IMG/VR virus record: IMGVR_UViG_3300035696_000009 | Length of the DNA: 64,000 bases | Direction: 5' to 3' (one strand) | Origin: an uncultured virus (IMG/VR IMGVR_UViG_3300035696_000009) | Taxonomy: Duplodnaviria; Heunggongvirae; Uroviricota; Caudoviricetes | In this document: positions 1 through 8,986 of the stretch, in pieces | How positions within the stretch are numbered: position 1 is the stretch's first letter | Layout: each line of letters starts with the position of its first letter | Translations under genes and position numbers: made by a program | Notes under the pieces: generated by a model | The model's input: the letters and a program-made list of their open reading frames with translations, nothing else | The model's database searches: none | What the model was told of the DNA's origin: nothing

Positions 1-46
1 AGAGCGGGGAGGGTTGCGGACGTGGCCGGGGGCGCGGGGGTGGTGC

Positions 47-171
47 GCGGGGGAGGGCGCGGAGGTATCCCGCTCTCGCTCGGTGTTCCTGCGGGCGAGG
101 GGTGGAGCGCCGCGGCGGGGGAGGGCGCGCGGAGCGCGCGTTCCCGACGTTCTTGCGGGCAAGGGGTGGAG
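47..171. repeat. G-rich imperfect tandem duplication (~64 bp period)
   Basis: GTTCCTGCGGGCGAGGGGTGGAG (85-107) vs GTTCTTGCGGGCAAGGGGTGGAG (149-171); each is preceded by a GCGGGGGAGGGCGCG block. Confidence 0.6.
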
Positions 172-521
172 GGTGGAGGCGTGCTTCTTTATTTGCGGTA
201 GCTCTTTACGCGCCGAGTGATCTTGACGCGGGATCCGGGCGAATAGCCGTAGCGCTCCGGCGTTTCGACAGCCGCAAGGTGGCGGGCATTGTCCATGGCG
301 TTGAGGAGGTCGATGTGCAGCGAGCCTACGTTGTGCACGAACATCTCGATGTCTTCGTCTGTCGTGCCGCTCTCTTCCGAGCCAGGGACTTCTTTGAGGT
401 GGATGCACTCATGGACACTCGCGCAAAACGACTATGGGCCATTCAAAAAGCGCTTGAGAGCGCCATCGAACCCGTCGAAGACGCCTTCAACGAATGAAAC
501 CAGAACACATTTCAAATCGCA

Positions 522-809
522 TCACAACGGTTTGGAATCTTTCGGCGCGAGGAGCGTTGGGTCGGTCGCCGGGTCGCCGACGAGGTCCGACTCGTCGATG
601 GGGATCGGCGGGATGCTGATGAGCACGGGGCTGCAGGTGGGGCACGTGATGAGAAGCTCGCCGCTCTCGGGCTTGCTCGAGGCCGCCCATCCGCCGGGCA
701 TCCTTAGGTGCATGTCGGTGTGAGGATGGAGCTTGGTGACGACGATTTTGAAGATGGTCTTGCGCGAACACTTCTCGCAGGTGGCCGTGGCGGGGAACTC
801 GAGCGGCAT
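522..809 (-). CDS. small Zn-ribbon protein
   Basis: CEKC...CPTC; ATG just after the stop of the upstream gene. Confidence 0.7.
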   Translation of the reverse strand: MPLEFPATATCEKCSRKTIFKIVVTKLHPHTDMHLRMPGGWAASSKPESGELLITCPTCSPVLISIPPIPIDESDLVGDPATDPTLLAPKDSKPL

Positions 810-812
810 CTG

Positions 813-1118
813 CTAATCGCGCTTTCCGAGCGACGAGATCTCGATGGCGACCCTGATCGCGAGCGCGAGGGGCCAGACCGATCCGAACATGAATCCGAAG
901 AGGAGCGGGAGCGCCGGCAGTAATAGGCGCATCTTCGTGCGGATCCCGTGGACGTTCCTCACGTAGTGCTCGGCGGCCTCGGGGTCATTCTCAATTTTTG
1001 AGAGTATTTTGGACTCCATGTCCTGGACGTCGCCTCGCCGGTACATCCCGACGACGAACCACGCCGAATAGAGGAACCATCCGGCGGTGTAGACCCAAGC
1101 GACGGTCGCGAGCGTCAT
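813..1118 (-). CDS. small membrane protein (2 TM)
   Basis: Start reassigned to MTLATVAW (ATG overlaps the upstream TGA); two hydrophobic segments. Confidence 0.7.
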   Translation of the reverse strand: MTLATVAWVYTAGWFLYSAWFVVGMYRRGDVQDMESKILSKIENDPEAAEHYVRNVHGIRTKMRLLLPALPLLFGFMFGSVWPLALAIRVAIEISSLGKRD

Positions 1119-1495
1119 GGGCGGCACCTCGGGACCAAGAGGATACACCCGTCGATGCTCACGAGACCCGCGCGCGACGGGTGCGGGTCGTGCGCGATGG
1201 ATTTGCCGAGGCCGACGACGACGTGCGGCCGGCCGCGCGGCGACCACCCCGTGAGGATGTAGTACCCGTCCGGGCACGCGTGCGCCGGGTGCATGACGTC
1301 CGTCGTGCAGTAGACGGCCTCGAGACCGACGGTCGCGAGCCACGCGTTGAGCTTGACCGGCTGGGGCGTGACGGGCCCGCTCAGTTCGCGGGTGAAGTCC
1401 GGGACCCACTCGATGGGGATCTCGAGCAGCGAAGCCACGCAGGCCGACAGGCAGTTGCCGCGGTCGCCCGTCTTGGTCTGCGTGACGGGGATCAC
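1115..1495 (-). CDS. papain-like (C39-like) cysteine peptidase
   Basis: Q...GNCLSACVASLL, HVVV and HDP give a Cys-His-Asp order; GTG overlaps the upstream stop. Confidence 0.6.
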   Translation of the reverse strand: MIPVTQTKTGDRGNCLSACVASLLEIPIEWVPDFTRELSGPVTPQPVKLNAWLATVGLEAVYCTTDVMHPAHACPDGYYILTGWSPRGRPHVVVGLGKSIAHDPHPSRAGLVSIDGCILLVPRCRP

Positions 1496-1686
1496 TGGCG
1501 CACCGTGGAGTCGGGGAGGTAGATGCAGGCCTCGGAGCCCGGGGAGCAGACGCACGTGGCGTGGAGGTGCGGCCTCTCGGGGTCGCAACCCTTCAAGCGT
1601 GGGTCACGCCTGGCCCTCGTGCAGCACCACTGCCGCATCTCCCTCCCGCAGGCGCCGCAAACGTTAACGACCGTGACGTTCATCAC
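1492..1686 (-). CDS. small Cys-rich protein
   Basis: 64 aa with 8 Cys; coupled to the polymerase stop. Confidence 0.55.
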   Translation of the reverse strand: MMNVTVVNVCGACGREMRQWCCTRARRDPRLKGCDPERPHLHATCVCSPGSEACIYLPDSTVRQ

Positions 1687-4031
1687 ATGTCGTCGAAGTT
1701 GTAGTCGACGTCGTCGTCGAAGAGGAGATCGTTCTCTTCGAGATCGCCGCCATCGGGCTGCTCCATGGCCTCAAGCTCCGCGGCCTTGAGCAGGAGCGCG
1801 TCGGGCGCGCGCTCGCCGACGGCGCGCGAGTAGGGAGCGGAGGAGACGTCGGGATCCATGGCCCTGACCGTGAGGATACCGTAGTCGGCGCCCCGGGGCC
1901 TCACGACTTTCGCGTCCCGCTTCGGCATCGGGTTGAGCGAGAGGTCCGTGGGCCGGGGGACCCAGCTTCCGTAGTTCGGCGAGCGCGTGTACGTCGGGTT
2001 CGCGGAGCTGGCGCCCGAGATCGTGATTTGGCTCTTCATGCCGCAGAACCGCTCGAGCTTGTCGTTCTCGATGTGGATCTCCTCCTTGCCCTGCGCGAAC
2101 GCGGTGGTCATCGCCTCCCACGCCTCGAACATCGCGGCGCGGCCGATGCCGCGCGCGCGGACGGTCTTCAGCTCCTCCTGGGTCGGGTTGAGCGGGAAGT
2201 AGATGCCGGGCCGCGCGAAGAAGACGCCCTTCTTCACGACCTTGCGCTCCCAGCCGCCGAGCGGTTTGTGCGCGAGGTCGCAGCCGATGGCGCCGCAGGC
2301 GGAGCACTTCTCGCCCTTCTTCTGCGCGGCCTCCGTCTCGGCGGGCGAGCGTCGTGCGTTCATCGTCCCGGTGTCCATCGGGGCCGGGGTCTTGATGTCC
2401 TCGCGGGTGTAGATGCCGTCGGTGGCGATGGAGAGCAGGTTCGAGAGGTCGTCGTGGAGCGACATCATCTCGAGGATCTGCGCGCGGCAGCCGGAGGTGA
2501 TCATGCCGGCCCAAATCCAGCTCTGGAACGGCGGGGTGCCGCCGACGCTCTGGGCGAGCTTGCCGTAGCACGAGTTGCAGCCGAGCTTGAGCGCGATGCC
2601 GGCGCCCTCCTTGCCGAGGCGGAGCCTGTTCATGTAGTAGCGCGAGATCATCCTGAACGGCTCGCACCGGCAGGGCCCGTCGAGGACCCACGCGCTCCGG
2701 AACTTGACGTACGGGAAGAGCTTCTCGCCGGCGAGGTACTCGTCGCGCCACACCCACCCGCCGCCGGACCTGTCGGGGAAGGTGATGCTGCCGTCCGCGT
2801 CGCGGTACGGGAACGGCGCCCACGGCAGCTTCTCCTTCGGCTCCTCCAGCCGGTACTGGACGAGCGCGGCCTTGGCCTTGAGCATGTCCTTCCTGCTCTT
2901 GGTCTTCGTCCAGGTGCCGTGCTCGAGGCATGGCAGGAAGCAACACTGATAGGGGTAGGCCGACGAGATGTCGAACGAGTAGACCGGCCCCTCGATCGGG
3001 CCGATCACGCTGTGCTCGAACCGGCCGCCGAAGAACGCGCTCGACACGGCCTCCTTCATCGCGTCGGGCGGCTCCTTGCGCTTCTCCTTGATGCCCATGA
3101 GGCCGAGCATGGCGGAGGCGGAGGATCCCGCGCCGTAGAAGTTCTTCAGCTCGAGGCCGGCGTCCGCGTGCGCGTCGACGAGTTTGCGCGCGAGCTGCCC
3201 GAGGTACATGCACTCGCTCCAGCAGTAGGCCTTGATGGCCTCGTCGTCGAGCCGGTCGAACTCGGAGCGCTTGTCCTTCATGACCTCGATCTGGCAGACC
3301 GGGCAGGCGGCGGAGAGGCACGGCTTGTTGTTGCTGCAGCCCTCGGCGGTGGCGACGCGCCAGTCGCGGAGCGCGACCGTGAACTTGCTCTGGTAGAACT
3401 TGAACGTGTCCCAGATGATCCGGCTCCGCGTGGCGACCTTGCCCTGGCGCGTCTTGTACCGGACCGCGACGGTGAACTTCGTTCCCTGCATGTTGAGGAG
3501 GTAGACCCTCTCGGTCCTCGGGTCCTTCCAGCGGACGGGGAAGGGCGCGGTCACCTTGCTGCCCGGCGGTCTCTGCCTGAGTTCGGGGCGGACGAGCCTG
3601 TAGAGCGCGTCGTTCGGCACGTCGGCGAGGAGCTTCGTGAGGTCGTAGTTGAACGAGAAGGCGAAGCACTTCACCGAGGCCGGCAGTTCGAGGAAGAAGT
3701 CGAGGCACGCGCTCGTGGAGAGGCCGGCGGGGTCCTCCACGCTCCAGCGGTTCTTGCCGAACTCGTCGGCGGCGCAGAGCATGACGTAGAGGTGGGGGTT
3801 CCTGCCCTTGCCCTCGCCGTCGACGCCGGCGAAGATCTCCCCCGGGGTCTCGTTCTCCTTGACCTGCTTGGCGCGCCTGCGCGGCGGGGGCCCGAGCGGC
3901 CCGAGCGGCTTGTCGGCCGGCCCCTCGATCGCCTTCTTGATCTCTTCCTGGAAGGCGACGGCGTCCTTCGCGCGTGCGATGGAGAGCTGGCGGCCGGTGA
4001 CGGGTTTCGCTTCTTTCTTGGGCTTCGACAT
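1683..4031 (-). CDS. polB: B-family DNA polymerase (protein-primed/piPolB-like), ~782 aa
   Basis: ExoI GVDGEG, ExoII FNYD, GGRFE, PolA FDISSAYP, PolB KLGCNSCYGKLAQ, PolC IATDG; start MSKPKK at a TGATG overlap. Confidence 0.92.
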   Translation of the reverse strand: MSKPKKEAKPVTGRQLSIARAKDAVAFQEEIKKAIEGPADKPLGPLGPPPRRRAKQVKENETPGEIFAGVDGEGKGRNPHLYVMLCAADEFGKNRWSVEDPAGLSTSACLDFFLELPASVKCFAFSFNYDLTKLLADVPNDALYRLVRPELRQRPPGSKVTAPFPVRWKDPRTERVYLLNMQGTKFTVAVRYKTRQGKVATRSRIIWDTFKFYQSKFTVALRDWRVATAEGCSNNKPCLSAACPVCQIEVMKDKRSEFDRLDDEAIKAYCWSECMYLGQLARKLVDAHADAGLELKNFYGAGSSASAMLGLMGIKEKRKEPPDAMKEAVSSAFFGGRFEHSVIGPIEGPVYSFDISSAYPYQCCFLPCLEHGTWTKTKSRKDMLKAKAALVQYRLEEPKEKLPWAPFPYRDADGSITFPDRSGGGWVWRDEYLAGEKLFPYVKFRSAWVLDGPCRCEPFRMISRYYMNRLRLGKEGAGIALKLGCNSCYGKLAQSVGGTPPFQSWIWAGMITSGCRAQILEMMSLHDDLSNLLSIATDGIYTREDIKTPAPMDTGTMNARRSPAETEAAQKKGEKCSACGAIGCDLAHKPLGGWERKVVKKGVFFARPGIYFPLNPTQEELKTVRARGIGRAAMFEAWEAMTTAFAQGKEEIHIENDKLERFCGMKSQITISGASSANPTYTRSPNYGSWVPRPTDLSLNPMPKRDAKVVRPRGADYGILTVRAMDPDVSSAPYSRAVGERAPDALLLKAAELEAMEQPDGGDLEENDLLFDDDVDYNFDDM

Positions 4032-4816
4032 CAGGCGGTCGCGGTCCCGAGCGACGGGGGGCTGATGCCGAGCGTGTAGATCTCGCGGGCGGTGAGCCCC
4101 GTGGCGGCGGCGATCCTGTCGTACTCGCTGTCGAACGTGCCGCGCCTGATCGCGTCGCGTATGAGCCTTTCGGCGCGCTGCCAGTCCTTCCAGGTTACCT
4201 TCACCGCGCCCGGTCTGGCGCCCTGGAGCGTGAGCCCGCGCTCGAACACCTCGCGCGGCGGGAGGCCGAGGACCTTCGCGATGACCTCCCACTCCATGAA
4301 GAACGACTTGCTCTGGATGGCCTGCTTGAGGAGCACGTCGGCCTTGGCCCAGTTCGCGCGAAGCTCCTCCATCCTCGCCCTCTCCTTCTCCTCCGCCCTC
4401 CGGGCGCGCTCCTCTTCCTTCTCGCGCCTCTCCTTCTCCTCGCGGCCGGCGGCGGCGATCCTCTCCTTGACCTCGCGCTGCTTGAGGACCTCGCGGCCGG
4501 CGGCCGAGAGGTTCTTGATGTACCGCTTCTGCACTTCGGGGGTGAGGTGGTTGCGGACGAGCGACTCGAGGATGAACGCGTCGCGCTCGGAGAGTTCCCC
4601 GGGGCGCCGGCGCGGCGCGGTCTTCTTCGCGGCCGGCTTCGCGGGTCTCTTCTTGGCGCGTTCGATGGCGGCGACGGCGCGCTCGAGCTTCTCCCTCGAG
4701 ATCGGCCGCCCGTCCTTGCGCGCGCGCCTGCCGCCGGCGTCGATCTTGATCCCGCGGCCGGCGAGCGCGCGCACGTGCCCGCGGGCGAGCGAGGCGATCG
4801 TCTTGCGCTTCTTCAC
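4031..4816 (-). CDS. basic helical protein, candidate terminal protein or DNA-binding protein
   Basis: K/R-rich with coiled coil; translationally coupled directly upstream of polB. Confidence 0.6.
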   Translation of the reverse strand: MKKRKTIASLARGHVRALAGRGIKIDAGGRRARKDGRPISREKLERAVAAIERAKKRPAKPAAKKTAPRRRPGELSERDAFILESLVRNHLTPEVQKRYIKNLSAAGREVLKQREVKERIAAAGREEKERREKEEERARRAEEKERARMEELRANWAKADVLLKQAIQSKSFFMEWEVIAKVLGLPPREVFERGLTLQGARPGAVKVTWKDWQRAERLIRDAIRRGTFDSEYDRIAAATGLTAREIYTLGISPPSLGTATA

Positions 4817-5236
4817 CGTGGCCCCTCTGGAAGAGTCGGGACGGTGTCAAGTTTAAAGCGCTTGCAATGAACGACAGAGCAGGTAAGCTTCTTGGTGCGC
4901 ATGGTTGGGATGCGCCGCCGACCAGACTTGTGAAGGAGCGCCGCCGAGGAGTCGAGACCTCAGGCGGCGCTTGGCGTTTGAGAGATTTAGAGAGCGCCCA
5001 TTCGTGCGGTCGGCAGTGGCAGGACCTCCTCATCGGGCTGGATGCCCCGACCGGCTCGCGCCGATCGCGGGGATTCAGGGCCGAGTTTTGGTTCTAACAC
5101 CGCGGCTCTGCCGCTTTCCAGAGGAAACGAGATCGTGCCGCTGCCGTGACGCAAGGGTGCGTAGGCACTGATGTATTGGGCGTGCGTGTTGCACGCAATT
5201 TTTCTGCGCTGGAAAGCCGTTGACACCAGGGGGCGG

Positions 5237-6022
5237 TCACGCCCCCGGGCCCGGCCCCCCATCAGTACTCTGATTTTGAGAATTGTCCGGCGGCGACCGC
5301 AGGAGCTGGTCCCGCATCTTCCCCGCGGGGGCGTGCGGCCTCCAGTACCAGCAGCCCTTGCACCGGAAGTCCCGGTAGTCGGAGAGGGCCCCCTCCTCGC
5401 CGGTCTCGAGGACGTCGCGACCGCCGGTCACTTCGCGCACTACGCGGAGGTCGTCCTCCATCGCGAGCTTCTCGGTGCGGTCGCAGGTCGCGCACCGAGT
5501 CTCGGGCCGCGCGAGCTGCGCCTCGCGCGTCCTCTTGGCCTCGATCGCGACGATGACGGGATCGCTCTTGGCCGCGCGGAACTCCTCGTACACGTGCTTG
5601 GCGTGCGCGAGCGTCGAGGCGAGCCCGGCGGTGACGGCCGTGATGTAGTTGTGCGCCTCGTCCTCGGCGTAGTGCTTGAGGAGCCTCTGGTCCTCGGTCT
5701 CGACGGGGACGGGCGGGGCGAACTCGTCCTTGTGCTTGCCGGCCATCTCGTGGACCGCGGGCCCGTGCACCCAGATGTCCCCGCGCTTGCCGAGCTTCTG
5801 GAACGGCAGCTCCTTGTGGACCAAGACGCGCAGGCGCATGGACGCGAGGGAACGGTAGCCGGGCAGGTGCTTGAGGAGCTGGTGGGCTTCCCGGAGCGGG
5901 ATCATGTCCTTGTCGGCCGGGGTTCGACGAACCTTGAACGGGAGGGGGTTCCTGAAACCCTTGGTGGACTTCCTGGGCTTGGGCTTCTTGCTGGTTTCGG
6001 GGATCGGGGTCGCGTTGGCCAT
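5237..6022 (-). CDS. putative DNA-binding regulator with Zn finger
   Basis: Basic N-terminus, excisionase-like segment (IPLREAHQLL...), CATC and CKGC. Confidence 0.6.
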   Translation of the reverse strand: MANATPIPETSKKPKPRKSTKGFRNPLPFKVRRTPADKDMIPLREAHQLLKHLPGYRSLASMRLRVLVHKELPFQKLGKRGDIWVHGPAVHEMAGKHKDEFAPPVPVETEDQRLLKHYAEDEAHNYITAVTAGLASTLAHAKHVYEEFRAAKSDPVIVAIEAKRTREAQLARPETRCATCDRTEKLAMEDDLRVVREVTGGRDVLETGEEGALSDYRDFRCKGCWYWRPHAPAGKMRDQLLRSPPDNSQNQSTDGGPGPGA

Positions 6023-6045
6023 CGATTATTTTGTGCTTTGTACGA

Positions 6046-6074
6046 AAGCTACGAGCGCGAGAATATCTTGTCCA
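6046..6074 (-). promoter_or_regulatory. sigma70-like leftward promoter
   Basis: TGGACA-N17-TAGCTT on the minus strand in the AT-rich divergent gap. Confidence 0.5.
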
Positions 6075-6199
6075 GAAAACCCTTTGTATTCTTTGTGTTA
6101 TCTGTGCAGCGCGCCAGTACTTTTTGACAATCGCTTTGAAAGCTGCTGCTCGTAGTTGGAGACCGTCCCGGCGCGATTTAGGCTGGGCTCCGAGGACAG

Positions 6200-7459
6200 A
6201 TGCCGACCTTTGATTTCGCAGTCGAGACTCGCCGCGAGGTGACCGTCGCGATCGCCGACCGGCTCCGCTACGACAAGCCCGCCTTCGAGGACAAGGGCGA
6301 CGAGGAGAGCCGGAAGATCGTGCGCATGAGCCTCCGGTTCCGCGACCCGCACGGGGGCCGGGAGGACGACATCACGGAATGGGACGAGCGCGACCTCTAC
6401 GGCAAGGGCATCGGGATCCCGACGATCGTGAGGGGCGTCGAGCTGGCCGCGTGCCGCGACGCCGCGTACCGCTTCGGCGGCGACTGCGTCTACACGCTCG
6501 CGTTCCACGCGAAGAGCTACAACAACCGATCGACGTTCGTGTTCAAGGTCCCGGGAGGGCAGGAGGTGCAGCACCTCGCGCTCGCGCCTGGTCGCGGCGG
6601 CCCGCACGGCGGGAGGGAGGAGGTCGGGATCGCGGAGCGGCTCATGCCGGACCTCCTGAAGTACGTGTCCGAGAAGGAGGCGCGCATCGAGCAGAAGGCC
6701 GAGCTGGTGTTCAACACGATCATGAAGCAGAACCAGCAGTACAGCGACGTCGTGCAGGGATACACCGACCGCGAGCTGAAGCTCCGCGAGGTCGCGCTGA
6801 ACGCCGAGGACCATCAGTACGAGCGGGACAAGAAGCGCAAGCAGGACGAGGAGGACGCGAAGACGAAGCGCGAGAGCTTCGAGTTCCTGAAGGAGAAGGT
6901 CGCGCCCGAGCTTCTCCCGCACGTGATCCGGGCCATCCAGCGTTTCAGCGGCGGTCCCGGTGGCTACGCGAACTCGCCGGATTTCCAGGCCTGGTACGCT
7001 GAGCAGAAGCGCACGAACGGGAAGGCGGAACGGCCAGAGGAGCACGCCAACGGCAGGAACGGGCACGGCAAGCCGCAGCCGCAGGGCGAGGGGGAGGACG
7101 GGCCGCCGGCGCCCGACCTCGGCGATCTCAAGATACGGGTCGCGCTGGACACGGCGCGCTTCGTGTCGCTCTGCCGGTCGCGTGGTAAATTCGAGGCCGT
7201 GCGCGACGTCCTCAGCGAGGAGCAACGGGCCCTGTTCGACGAGGTCGTCGCCGCGAGCGAGGCCCCCGACCTCGACGAGGAGGAGGGGGTGGAGCGGATC
7301 ACGGGCCTGGCGCTCATGTTCGGCGCCGCTATGCAGTCGGACCCCCTCACGGGCAAGAAGCTCCTCGACCTCCTCGACGGCATCAGCAAGCTCGCGCTCG
7401 TCGAGCTGTCGAACCTGCTCGAGATGTACTACAAGGCCGCGCAGTCGGCGGGAGCGTGA
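6200..7459 (+). CDS. hypothetical protein with coiled coil, 419 aa
   Basis: GAGGA RBS, typical codon usage, first gene of the plus block. Confidence 0.8.
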   Translation: MPTFDFAVETRREVTVAIADRLRYDKPAFEDKGDEESRKIVRMSLRFRDPHGGREDDITEWDERDLYGKGIGIPTIVRGVELAACRDAAYRFGGDCVYTLAFHAKSYNNRSTFVFKVPGGQEVQHLALAPGRGGPHGGREEVGIAERLMPDLLKYVSEKEARIEQKAELVFNTIMKQNQQYSDVVQGYTDRELKLREVALNAEDHQYERDKKRKQDEEDAKTKRESFEFLKEKVAPELLPHVIRAIQRFSGGPGGYANSPDFQAWYAEQKRTNGKAERPEEHANGRNGHGKPQPQGEGEDGPPAPDLGDLKIRVALDTARFVSLCRSRGKFEAVRDVLSEEQRALFDEVVAASEAPDLDEEEGVERITGLALMFGAAMQSDPLTGKKLLDLLDGISKLALVELSNLLEMYYKAAQSAGA

Positions 7460-8013
7460 CGATGGACTACACCGGGACACGGCTCGAGGGTCGCGAATCG
7501 GAGACATCTTTCTACCGCGAGGTGGGCGAGTGGCTCATCGCGAAGATTCACCCCACCAGCGGTTACCGCGAGCCCCCCTACCCAGAAGTCGTGAAGAGCT
7601 GGCGCCTCGGGGGCTACAGGCTCGCGGCACACCTGCTCCCGACGCGCCGCAGGCGCTACCCGGACGAGCTTCGCGCGTTCATCGACGGCATGCGCCAGCG
7701 CTTGCAGGAGTACGCGGAGGAGCACGCCGGCGAGATCACGCTCGAGCAGTTTGACGTGGGGGCGTGCGAGAAGATCGAGCTGAAGGCGCAGAAGTACCTG
7801 AAGCTCGCCACGCACCCGAACACGAACCCGCACGAGGCCGCGAGCGCCGCCACGAACCTCGCGAGGATGATCGCGGGCTCGGAGATGGTCCTCCTGTCCT
7901 TCGGGCGGGTGAGCCACTTCGCGCAGCGGCTCCAGCGCATGGAGGAGATGTTCGCCATGCTCAAGGAAGCGGATCCGTTCAGCTTTTTCTTCGGGCCGCA
8001 CGACCGTCACTGA
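7456..8013 (+). CDS. DUF2786-like domain protein
   Basis: KYLKLATHPNTNPHEAASAA resembles the DUF2786 signature. Confidence 0.6.
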   Translation: MTMDYTGTRLEGRESETSFYREVGEWLIAKIHPTSGYREPPYPEVVKSWRLGGYRLAAHLLPTRRRRYPDELRAFIDGMRQRLQEYAEEHAGEITLEQFDVGACEKIELKAQKYLKLATHPNTNPHEAASAATNLARMIAGSEMVLLSFGRVSHFAQRLQRMEEMFAMLKEADPFSFFFGPHDRH

Positions 8014-8038
8014 GCCGTCAAAATACCTCGTCACGCCC

Positions 8039-8067
8039 TTGCGCGGGGTGTGGAGGGGCGTTAGACT
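8039..8067 (+). promoter_or_regulatory. sigma70-like promoter giving a probably leaderless mRNA
   Basis: TTGCGC-N17-TAGACT with the ATG 7 nt after the -10. Confidence 0.55.
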
Positions 8068-8073
8068 GATGGC

Positions 8074-8250
8074 ATGAAGAGAGCGAAACTCCAGCGCCTC
8101 GAAGTCTACGTCGACCCCGCGCTCGCGAGGGCCCTCGGCGGGCTCGCCGACATGGAGGACCGAACGGTGTCAAACTACGTGGCGCGTGTCCTCGCCGAAC
8201 ACGTCGAGGCGCACGCCACGGGCCGGCGCAGACGCAAGGACGGTGACTGA
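8074..8250 (+). CDS. ribbon-helix-helix (CopG/Arc-like) regulator, 58 aa, not in the ORF track
   Basis: Hand translation MKRAKLQRLEVYVDPALARALGGLADMEDRTVSNYVARVLAEHV... Confidence 0.75.
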   Translation: MKRAKLQRLEVYVDPALARALGGLADMEDRTVSNYVARVLAEHVEAHATGRRRRKDGD

Positions 8251-8251
8251 C

Positions 8252-8986
8252 ATGCGCCACATTTATCTGATGTTGATTTTGGTCGGCTGCTCGGGTGCGA
8301 GCCCCGCGCTCACTTTTCCCGACGGCGGGGACGCCGCAGATCCCAGCGACGGGCCCCCCGTCGCGGACGCCGCCACGGACGCGCCCGTTGACCCTGACTC
8401 TGGCGACGCCGATGCGGGCCCGGCCGACTCCGGCAGCGGCGACGGCTACGACGGATACACGCTCCCGTCGTACCGGCGCGTCTTTCTCACGTCGAAGACT
8501 TTCGGGCCGAACTTCGGCGGGCTCGCGGTCGCCGACAAGGCGTGCGCCGACGCGGCGGCGGGCGCCGGCCTCGGCGGGAACTGGGCCGCTTGGCTCTCGA
8601 CGAAGGCGACGAGCGCGGCGTCGCGTCTCGAGCACGCGGCAGTGCCCTACAAGCTCCTTGACGGGACCGAGATCGCCGCGAACTGGTCGTCCCTGACGAC
8701 GGGGCCGCTCTCGGCCCCGATCGGCCTCGACGAGAACGGCAAGGCCGTTCCCATCGCGTACTACACGTCCGGCTTCGCCTGGACGGGCACGGCCGCGGAC
8801 GGCTCCACGAGCACGACGTACACCGACAGCACGTGCTCCGACTGGACGTACGCGAGCGGGTCGGACGACGCGGCGCACGAGGGCGCCTGCGGGATCGACA
8901 ACCAGACGGGCGCGGACTGGACCGACTACGTCTCCTACTGCGAGGCGGCGGCCACGCTCTCCTTCATCTGCATGGAGCAGCCGTGA
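8252..8986 (+). CDS. lipoprotein with DUF1554/endostatin-like domain
   Basis: Lipobox LVGC, D/A-rich linker, RRVFLTS...ADKAC...WAAWLS...AWTGT...CSDW...ICMEQ. Confidence 0.8.
   Translation: MRHIYLMLILVGCSGASPALTFPDGGDAADPSDGPPVADAATDAPVDPDSGDADAGPADSGSGDGYDGYTLPSYRRVFLTSKTFGPNFGGLAVADKACADAAAGAGLGGNWAAWLSTKATSAASRLEHAAVPYKLLDGTEIAANWSSLTTGPLSAPIGLDENGKAVPIAYYTSGFAWTGTAADGSTSTTYTDSTCSDWTYASGSDDAAHEGACGIDNQTGADWTDYVSYCEAAATLSFICMEQP

Noticed and set aside
102..497. 131-aa plus-strand ORF
   Set aside because: No clear start, RBS or motif; the C-terminal part might be coding but I cannot support it
1683..5033. 1116-aa polymerase as listed in the ORF track
   Set aside because: The first ~330 codons are an off-frame read of the 4031-4816 gene; the real start is MSKPKK at 4031
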